From Chlorokybus atmophyticus (lineage: Eukaryota > Plantae > Mesostigma and Chlorokybus algae): a DNA stretch of 64,000 nt. Location: positions 62,001-126,000 of the forward strand of contig RHPI01002069.1 in the NCBI GenBank assembly GCA_009103225.1, read 5' to 3'. Shown here piece after piece: positions 47,976 through 58,470 of this stretch; within the stretch, counting starts at the first letter, position 1, and each line of letters opens with the position of its first letter. The notes under the pieces were generated by a model. It searched no databases and was not told where the DNA came from. It was given only the letters and a program-made list of their open reading frames with translations. The position numbers and the translations under genes were made by a program.

Positions 47976-50460
47976 CTCAAATTGCAAACCCAACCAGACT
48001 GAAAACCACTGAGAAGCAGTCCGACAACTGCTCTACGGTACTGCAGCACAACGACCTCTAATGCTGCTGCTGCTGCTGCTGTTTTCAAGCACCATCATGT
48101 TCATCGCTCTCTTTGTCCACTGATCGGCTTTCGTCAACTAGTCAGCGGCGCATAGCCCTTGCGCTGAGTGAGTGTGTTCATTGCGTGCGCCAAGTTGGGC
48201 GCCGCCGACACGAGGGGCAAGCAGTGCTGCGAACTGCACTACCTACCGGTAACCACACACAAGATAGTCACGTGAGATGTGCCCACAAGCCAAAGCGACC
48301 TAACGTTATTCAATGCGCTTCCAGCGCGGTATACCAAAATTATGTTATGTTGTTTCTTGTTCGCTACCGTCCTCTGTGACACCAGAGGGACATCCGTTTC
48401 CCTGTCTCTGTGCATGGCGTTGGCAGCGGCGGGGGGCGGCGGCGTTGTCGCGTTGGGTATGGTTGGATGGCGTCTTCTTAAAAGACCGCACTAGCATTAG
48501 ATCGGTGGATTCTTCGAGGGCCACGCATGGCGCTGAGGAGGACGTTCGGGGCAGCTGCGGCCTCGGCCCTGGTGAGGCCTTCCTCCTTGTCGTTGTCGTC
48601 GTGGGCGGCGGCGGCGGTAGCGTCGTCGACGACTTTTCCAACCTTCGGCACCAGATGCTGCAGCTCCTCCTCCTCCTCCTCCTCCTCATCGTCTCCGCCA
48701 ACGCCGCCGAGCGCTGACCTTAACAGGTGGCAGCACTGAATCTCAGTTCACTCTTACACACACAAAGCATACTACTGAGTTGTTGAACACAGAGATATGT
48801 ATAGACAACACAATTGCGCATGTTTGCATGCACGCATGAGACATACCATCATACGCATGCCCACATACGACACGCATCCTCATGTTATTCGCATGCACGT
48901 GCATGTATGATAAGTCACATAATGTCCATGTGGACCCTCATACACTCCTGCTCACATATTTTTATACACACGTATGCAGGTGGCAGCAGCCGTCCAAATA
49001 TGGCGTGCCGAAGTACTCTGGCCTCTCCACCCTCCTCCGCGCACCCCTCAGCAACACACTCGACAACGTAACAACAAAACCTGCATGCATGCGTACATGC
49101 ATCAACCCACAAATACACAGATAGTTGTGTACGCACACATACACACATACACACATACCCACATGTCCACGCGCACACATGTTCTCATGTGCAGCTTGAC
49201 ATCGCGCTGGTTGGCGTTCCCTTCGACGGCGGCGCCTCCTTCCCCGGCACGCGTCACGGCCCTCGCGAGATCCGCGGCAAGTCCGCCATGCTACGACGCA
49301 CCAACGGCGCCACGGGCGTAGCGCCGTTCGCCCTGTGCAACATCGCGGACGGTACACAGTCTCTCCCTGTGCCACAGACTCCCAAACTGTGATGTGTACA
49401 AGAGAGATGGAGTGCTGATAAGACCGCATGCATGTGTGCGCGTGCGTGCGTGTTATGCTGAGCGACACATGCGTGTGGAGCGCAATCTATGCTTTGCTTT
49501 ACCCACAGAGTAAGCCTTACACGCGTGCGCGTGATTGCTTGTGCGCGTGCTCGCGTGGTGTACTACACCTAACCCTAACCCTAACCCACACACACGCACA
49601 TGTCCCCAGTCGGCGACGCCTGGTTGTCCCATCCCTGGTCCGGCGTCTCCTCCGCCCACTCGGAGATCGAGGGCTTCTTCCGTCGCATCGCCGCGCGGGG
49701 CGTGTCTCCCCTCACGGCGGGCGGGGACCACTCCGTCACGCTGCCGATACTCAGGGCGATCGCGGGGTATCGTGGGGAAGGGGAGAGGATGGGGCTCATT
49801 CATCTGGATGCGCATATGGATACGTCGGATACGAGGGAGAGCGAGGAGAGTATGGGGTCCAAGGTGGGTGCGCCTGAGGGTTTGCACGTTAGACATGTGT
49901 TTGTGGATAAGGTGGGTGCGTGTGCGTGCGCGTGTGCTTGTGGGTGTTCGTGCGTTTCTATATGGGTGCGCGCGCGTATGTGTTTGTCCTCGCACACATG
50001 TGCGTGTTTGTTTGCTTGCTGATTCGACACAATCAGATGCGTGTTGAGTTGTTCGACTGTACTCCCCTGTGTTGTTGTGTTTCCAGTACTGGAACGGGAC
50101 GCCGTTCAGCTGCGCTGTTGAGGAGGGTCTCATCGACCCGACGCGGACTATCCAGATTGGAATCCGAGGTCCCGTCGGCGGCGGGACGATGATCAGCAAG
50201 AAGGTCGGCATGCGCGTCGTTTACATGGAAGAGTTCTATGAGATGGGACCCAAGGCAGTCGCACTGGAAGCCCTGCGGGTAATTCTATGACGTAGAAGTC
50301 TGTGCGCGTGCGTGCGTGTGTGTGCGCACACTCACACATACGCGCGCGCGCACAAGTGTGCATAAGTGTGTGCGCGTGTGTGCATGTGTGCAATTGGGTG
50401 TCTGCTCTCATGTCACACATTTGTGTGTGCCCGGGTTGATGGCGTCTGATGTGTGCTTGA
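46600..50460. repeat. Degenerate (CA/TG/CG)n alternating purine-pyrimidine tracts filling the introns of OSCP1 and the ureohydrolase
   Basis: Examples at 46860-46925, 47165-47360, 49085-49190, 49425-49600, 49890-50030 and 50300-50400. Confidence 0.85.
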
Positions 50461-50846
50461 ATGACACAGGTAGTTGGCGACGGACCCGTATACATCACGT
50501 TTGACGTTGATGCACTTGATCCAGCATACGCGCTCGGCACAGGCTCTCCCGAGGTACTTCATCTCATGTTGCTTCACTTTTACTTCTACGGTCACATTGA
50601 GCACAGCAACATCCGACCTACTACCACCACGCGCAGGATGGTGGCATGAGCACGCTGGAAGCGCAGCTGTTCCTTCGGGGGCTGCGGGGTCTCAACCTGG
50701 TGGGTGCCGACTTCGTGTGCACGTCGCCGGCGTATGACCCGACGGGCAACACGCCCCGCGTTGCAGCCAACATGATGTTTGAGATGCTCTGCCTGCTTGC
50801 GGAGTCCAGAGCCAGGAGGAAAGGTGCTGCGCATGTGAACAAGTGA
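48527..50846 (+). CDS. Mitochondrial agmatinase/guanidinobutyrase-like ureohydrolase
   Basis: Ser/Arg-rich presequence; [91 protein letters not shown]. Confidence 0.9.
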
Positions 50847-52223
50847 AGGCAGTCAATGTCTCTTGCAGACCGAATGTGGTATACTAGTTTGAATAATCAC
50901 AGTTACATATACATACTGAGGAGATACATTATGGCATCTCTCACACGATCATTATGGGTGCATGCGCTCTTCATTGCTGCAGTTACCACCTTGCCATCTT
51001 TGATATGGAAATGTTGACACACTGACATCAGGTCTTCTGTGAACATAGGCAAGACTGATACGGTAACAAACACCCTAACAACCGATGAAAACGTTGAAAT
51101 GTGCACAGTGCATGCTGCAATTCTATCTTCGATTTATGTACATACGGTGCTGACACACTGACACATACCTCAGCATCACTGCAAGCTGCGCACGCACTTG
51201 AGGTTTGCATTGGAATCACACCATGCACAAACCACAGCAAATTCAACATAGTGCGGGCATGCTGGAGAGGACTGGTATTGCATCAGGAGCTGAGCTACGC
51301 CGATCCTGTGCGCTCTGTGGAGGCAGCACAGCAGGCGACAAGCAGGATGTTGATGCTGTACCGTGCAGTGTACAGTGTGCTGCTGCACTTCCGCCCACTC
51401 TTCTAATTGTGCAACAAACATCACATTGCTTTTCGTACATAGTCTCAGCTATAACGACCCTCTTTGTGCACACATGTACAGGACACCGAACGAGTGAGGC
51501 GGCAATACGGCTTATGTCGCGACGAGCAAAGCGAGTGCGACCTAAGCCGTTTCGTCGCCAAAACAAGTCGAATAGGCCATGTGACATGGCCGTGCCACTC
51601 CTCATGTTGAATGCAGATCGGACGGCTGAGCTTGAGTTTTCGACCAGACCATTCGAGAAGGACTTATATCCCCTTCTCCAACAAGTTGTTATCTTGTGCA
51701 TCGCTCCAAAGCACGCTAGCCCTGCTGTGTTGCACGCACCCACATGACATACCTATTGGGTTGCCTGCATGCTCGTACGGTTGGACGTTGGAAGCGTGCA
51801 TGAACTGTCACACATTCTGTTGCGCATTGTTTGTACATGTACGTGGTGGCACATAGCAAAATACTTTACCAGGCATATAAGAAAAAGAAGGAACTACATA
51901 CATTGCACTAGCCGCATCCAGCGTCACAACTAATACTACTTTTAACAACGAGACACGCGCCTGTACTTATCAACTGTCAGTGCTAATCTCTAGAATGGAT
52001 GCTGCAGACTACACACCTGTACAATATGTACGCCTTCGTACCGCGAACATAACGTGACTCTTGCTGTACAGCCGACTGCCATGGAGTGGGCTCGCCTTTG
52101 GCCTGTACACTACGTGCCCTTCTTGCACAACTGTATATACAACGTTTAGTCCAAGTTTTCCAACCATCACATACTCTCCGTCAATGTTGTCTCTAACACC
52201 ACACGAGCATGCATGCCTCATGT

Positions 52224-55200
52224 TCAGAGGCTGTAGCGCGGCTTGCGGTCTTGGGTTTGTTGCGTCTGACCCTCTGCCGGCATCTGTCCTCCTGCGGCCG
52301 AAGATGAACCCGCATCCGTTGCTGTGTCTGTACTCCACACAATGTCCCTCAACGCTCTTGGCTTCTGGTACTTGGTCCCGCCAGCGGATTGGGTGTATGT
52401 CACACCCTGCGGCACAGGCAGCAGCGTTGGCACAGATGGTGGCAAGCGGAGCATGTTAAGTGTTGTTGTGCTCTCAGTACACCAAGCAGATGCTGGACTC
52501 ACTTGCAGAGTGGCCGCCAAGCCGGGATCCATTTCATGTATGGAGTGCACAGTGGCCATATCTGGGGGCTCGGTAAAAGTACCAATCATGCCCGTCCTGC
52601 CAAGCGAACAACAAACAAATATGAGTTCTGCTGAGATTGGCATCAACACGCAACGAACAGGTACAACACAATACTGCAAATTGCATCTGCAGGATTCTGC
52701 TGGTTCTCTATGTATATGCACCCAAATAATGACGCATTGCGCGACCTTGTACTATCATCGGTGGCTTCATGCCGCACAGGAACACAGTTCACTCACCTGC
52801 GTCTGATGCCATGCGTGCCATAAACTGGATGCCCAAAAGTGCGGCGGCGGCGGCGTTCAGTGCTGGGAATGTCGTCCTCTAGTACCTCTGGAGGCGCAGG
52901 AGCCTCAATTGTAGGTGCCTCTGTTGGTTTATCCCCACCTCGTGCGCGTCTGGCCCTGTAAAAGAAAAGCACTCGTGATGTATTACAAGCAATTGCATCC
53001 AATACTCCATCAACCTACGGCACATGTTGAGAGCATGCACACATACTTAAGGCGTGCGAAGGCTGGCCAGATTATGTCAATCAGACGGTTTGCTCCAAAC
53101 TTGACAAGGTCGATAGGAATGAACCAGATTGCTGAGTAGATCCATGCAAGCAGAGCGTACCAACCGCCAGCTCCTTCGAAGCGCGCTTGTTCCTACAAAA
53201 TACAAGGTACATTGTACGGGCCAGTGGAATTGTAAGATACTGTGCAGACTGAAAAGCAGCTGCCAGAATGCGCTCATCTATATTGTACCGTGAACACAAA
53301 GTTGGGGAAGCCAAAAATGCCGATGCAAGTGGAAGCTGCCTGAGCTATGCAAAAGGCTATGAGCAGCAGCCAAGAAGGCCGACTTGACCACCACCATCGG
53401 ACTGATCGAGTGGAAAAGATCACAGCCTGCGATGCATGACCTGTGAATACACAGCAGTACACGCGCAGCACCACCTCACTCTCACACTTGCTCAGTCTCA
53501 TGGCTTCCTGACCTGACCGGAGATGGACAGATGCATGTAGATCAACGCACGCAGCTTATTGTCATTGTTTTTCAAGCTGGGCCACCCGAACATGTGATGC
53601 CATGCATCAACGTTCTTGGACAGCACGAACAACAAGATGCTTGAGACAAAGAGATACAAACCCAAGCACACAGCAGTGAAGTAAATCTTCTCTAGCTCCC
53701 AATGGTCTGTTTCACACGCACAGTCAGCATCAGACCCAAGTGCCTTCAGATCGCGTAAGCCGTGCTGTGTGAAAAGCGCACCTGGCAGCGGAGAAGGTTG
53801 TACACGGTCTTTGGATATGGTCAAAATTGTGCCATCATTCAAAATGGCGATCAACGCAATGAGGAAGGTGGGGAAAAACCTGCCATCAGTAGCAACACGA
53901 ACAGCTTCAGGGTTGCAGTGTCAGATTTCTGCCGACTGCACCGATTGTTTGCTTGCTGACTTGCTAACTTACCAATTCCAACCAAACGTGAGCACCGAAA
54001 ATGTAAGGACTATTCGCACTGTGGTCGTGACAGCGTAGATGGCATAGTTACGCATGCGCTGGAAAATCTTCCTTGCACCAATAATGGCGTGCACAATGAC
54101 TCCTAGACCAGGTGACTGCAGCACAATGTCGGCAGCCGCTCTCGCGGCATCAGTGGCTCCTGCGACTGCAATGCCTATGTCTGCCACCTGCAAACACACA
54201 TGTCAACATGTATGGAGCATGCAGTTGCAATGCTCAGATACAATGCAACAACATGCCGTGTACCTTAAGAGCTGGTGCATCGTTGACACCATCACCTGTC
54301 ATGCCAACAAAGTGTCGGCGGCGCTGTAGCGCCTTCACAATTGTGTACTTGTGCTCCGGAAACACACCTGCAATAAGATGCATCACACTTTGGCTAATGA
54401 TGCGAGTACGATCCAACAAGGGAGTGAGGCAACCTACCCGCAAAGCCATCTGCTTCTTCAATCACTTTTGCGAGGCGGGCTTGCTCAGCTGCGGGGAGCT
54501 GCTCAAAGTCATGAAGCTCATCCGGATGCTGAATGTTGCTTCCCAGTTCAATCTACAAGCACAGCAGACATTAGCTTTCTGCCATCAAGAAGGACACATT
54601 AACATGTTTACTACAGGACACCTGTCGGCAGGTCTCCTTTGCAATGGCAGTCTGGTCCCCTGTCAGCATTTTCACAGATATGCCAAGGCGTTGAGTCTCC
54701 TTGATGGTTTCAGCCGTGTCGTGGCGAGGAGGGTCAAACAGTGGGATAAGGCCCTCCATCATCCATTGTGAACAATCTGGATCGTCAGCTCTCGCCACAC
54801 CGAGTGTACGGTACCCACGGCTGCCCAGGTCGTCAATTCTAGCCATCACTTCCTGGCGCAAAAGCAAGATCACAGCAATCAGTAGCAAGATTGACACAAT
54901 GCGTGTTGGACGAGCCAGCTGGAAATCTCTCTTACAGACCTCAGCAATGCTACTTAAGGGCGGTTCAGAACAAAACCTGTTTTTGTATCATGGCAAACCT
55001 TTTCAAGCTGCGCTTTGTTGGAGGCCATCTGAAGTATAATCTGCGGCGCGCCTTTTGATACCGCAAACACTTTGCCAGTGTTAGGGTCCTTGACCTTTGC
55101 AATAACACGCTTGCTCACAGGGTCAAACGGCTGAAACTTAATCATCTACAGGTAGAGTCACGTTAGCCTTTGCATAATACACTATGTGCAGACACTGACT

Positions 55201-57214
55201 GATGCTTTCGCCAACTACCAGTATGCGCCTTTCCCTGTCAATCCAATGTGCATATACACCTCATAATGGTCAAGGGTGGCGCGCTCTTCTGGAGTCAGAG
55301 CTTCTGTGACGCACTTGTCAATTGCATCCTCGCTAACTCGTTGCGCTGCAATAGCTGCGTGCAACAGCAACTGCTCCTTCGTTACACCCTCAATGAGCGG
55401 CTCAGGGTCTTTAATCTGCAAGAAATATAAACACAAACATCAGCCATGACTACTCAATGCAACTGCCATCTGACTGGCAACCTTCCATCGCAGTTCTTAA
55501 CGTTCAACTTCTGACAGAACAATGCACGCTCACCTGTAGCTCGTTCAGCGTCAATGTGCCCGTTTTGTCTGAGCACAGTATGTCCATGCCGGCGAGCTCT
55601 TCTACAGCAGTCAAGCGGGCAACGAGTGCCTGCTGCTTTGCGAGGTTCTGAGCGCCAATCGCCATGGTAACGCTCATGACGGTCGGCATAGCAATTGGCA
55701 CACCTCCGACAATCAAAACGAGAGTGTTTACTAGTGCTGGGCAGTGTCCAGGACTATGACAAGGTTCCTTCCGGATCCCAAACTCCACAATGATCTCGGC
55801 GAGTACAAAAATTGCAATCAATCCCACGCAGAAAAACCCGATGTGAGTAAGGACTTTCTGGAAATGACCGTGTGTCTGCACAGCACATGCACGTATCAGC
55901 ATCCTTATAGTGTAGAGGGTAATGTCCTACAATGCGTTGACACTGCGCACTTTACCTCAGTGCTCTGCACCAGATTGGCTGCTTTACCAAAGAACGTGTT
56001 GATGCCCGTGGCATAAACCACTGCATCAATTTGACCCTGCAAGATGGGCACACTTGGTATATTTGGATCACGAACATGTTAGATTGCAAACAGGCCAGGA
56101 GCTGAGTGCTATCAGTCACAATAGCGTATCTGCATTGATGTGCACACGCGCACCTGCTTGACAGAGGCACCAGAATATACGGTATCCCCTGCATGCTTGG
56201 TAACTGGTAAACTTTCTCCCGTCAATGAAGCTTGGTCAACTTTCAGCTCATCTCCTTCAAGCAGTTTGCAGTCTGCTGGAATGACAACACCAATACTCAG
56301 GCGCACAACATCACCGGGCACGAGATCGAATGCAGAAATGTTGTCGTATTGCCCGTTCCTTTTCACTCGCGCTGTCGGAGCCAAGTTTGCCTGTTGTAGT
56401 ATGTGAGCATAAGCAGCCGTGTTGATGTATGGCTGACATTCCGTCACGACTTGCTGGCGTTGTGTAAATCAAGAGTACCTTCAAGGCTGCTATTGCTTCT
56501 CCACTAGTATGCTCTTCCCAGAACCCAATTGTGGCATTGAGAAAAAGCAACAATGCCACCAGGACTGCATCAGCCCAATCTGCAGCCATCCAAAGAACAT
56601 TGCATAACAACCTTGCATTTTGTACTGCACAATAACCAGCTGGAGTACTCAGACACCATGCAGAAAGTTGGCACTAACCCTGCAGAATCAGTGCAAGGAT
56701 AACAGCCAGCTCCATCACCCATGACAGCGGATTCCACAGGAAAAGCAGATACTGGATAATTGCTGGTACATGCTTTTCCTCGATCTGGTTTTTACCGTAC
56801 TGGGCAAGCCGTTCTTGAACTTCCTGTAACGTCAATTGTAAGCATGCAAACCAAACTGACAAACAACATTCACGCTGAGGTTCGTACCTGATCATTAAGC
56901 CCGCCCCTCCTTGCGCCTAGTCGCTCCAGGACATCATCAATGGATGCTTTGGCAATCTCAGAGCCTTGTGCTTCAGCTTGGGCTTTGGTGTCGTTAGCCT
57001 TGTCAGCGCCAGCTGGCGCCTCAACTGGTGCGTCACCATCAGCATGGTTGGGGCCTAACCTTGCGCCGTTTGGTGCATTTTGGCTGCCTGCAGCTTGTGC
57101 GGATGGCGCATCATGCGCGGTGGCTGGGTTGGTTGGATCCATGGCAGGGTTGGTTGCCATTTCCACACCGCCTGGTCCTGGCTCGGCTGGAGAGGGCTGA
57201 CCTGGAGTCTGCAT
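52224..57214 (-). CDS. AHA: Plasma-membrane P3A H+-ATPase
   Basis: [89 protein letters not shown]. The extended C-terminus ends QDRKPRYSL*. Confidence 0.95.
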
Positions 57215-58470
57215 GGCTGCAGCTTGAGTCTGCAGGCAGCCCACAAAGTCAACTGACTGTGCGCATTTGCTGGTCAATGGACACACAACCGAGTGTGTGT
57301 ATGTTCAACACGCAGACACACAAAGGATAAGTACTAAGCAATAAGTAAGTGTGCTGCAAGACAAGCATGATGGCATGCCAGCGTAGAATGTACGCGCTGA
57401 CAATTGCAACTACTCTGGCGGGATGCATTAGAGAACCAGATGTGTAAAAGTGCATTGAACAATGTGGTGAAATGGCTGGTTTGCAGCTATATCTGACATA
57501 CTATCGCCTAGCCACCCACTGTTGCACATCACTGGACCGACCAACCGCTGATGGGCGTTGAGCACAAGTAACCTGAGAGCGACACGATATCCTAACGAGA
57601 TAGAGAGCACTGGCGCACTTTTATTGTGTTGTGACAGCAAGACTGGGACTCCATCAACAACTGTTTGAAGCTGTTGCTCACCTAGCCAAGCGGCAAGCTT
57701 TTACGACACCAAAGACACAAGGCGCGGCATGGCTAGATACTTGTGTGCACTGCGCAGGAGGTTCTTGTATGCAAGCATAGAACATGTTTGCAAGTTGACT
57801 CTTGCAATCTGCTCGACCAACCGCCTGTGCATGCCCTCCCTGAATACCGCTGGCATGCACAGTGTTGCTGAACACATACCAGACAAACGAGCCCAGCTTA
57901 GAAGAGTGTGGCCGGCAGGGATTGGGTGAGGGGGCCAGCACCAACACCACCAGCACCGTTCCTCGGAAACCACTCGCACCGCCCCGTGAGCCCCTGGGCC
58001 CCGACGCCCCGCCCCAGCCCGGCCCAACTTGGCCTGGCCCGGCCTGGCCTGCTCGTCAGGCGCGCGTATGCATGCAACAGCTACACAAAACACACTGCCT
58101 TCAGCGGACCCTTGCCATGCTGCCGCCGCTCCCAACCCTTGGAGGTGGCAAGCAACAAAACTGCCTTTGGCAGCCTGCCACTTGCAGCCCCCAGCTGGCA
58201 GCGGCCCCGGGCCTGCTGCTGCAGCACAGGCAGGCTGTGCCGCCGAGGCAAGGAGTAGCTGATCATGATCATGATCATGATCATGACGACGGCAACAAAC
58301 GTAGTGCTGCTGCTGCAATAATGCCGCCCATTGAGCTACTGAGTACATTGCGGTAAGCTATGCCATTGCATGGCATCACCAATGGCTTGCATGTGGCAAT
58401 CCAATGTGGGGCAAGGTGCTGGCAGGCTGACCGAGGCAGCGTCTTGTGCAGTGTCTCAAAGTGAGCGAAT

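Noticed and set aside
48345-48701. Minus-strand acidic/Arg-rich ORFs
   Set aside because: Antisense to the Ser-rich presequence exon of the ureohydrolase; OSCP1 starts at 47975.
51205-52220. Protein-like ORF pieces between the ureohydrolase and ATPase 3' ends (also 45041-45472)
   Set aside because: Could not be spliced into a coherent gene and no motif was recognised; probably 3' UTR or intergenic.
57701-58356. Overlapping GC-rich ORFs with (GATCAT)n
   Set aside because: No recognisable domain; more likely the 5' UTR/promoter region of the H+-ATPase with a microsatellite.
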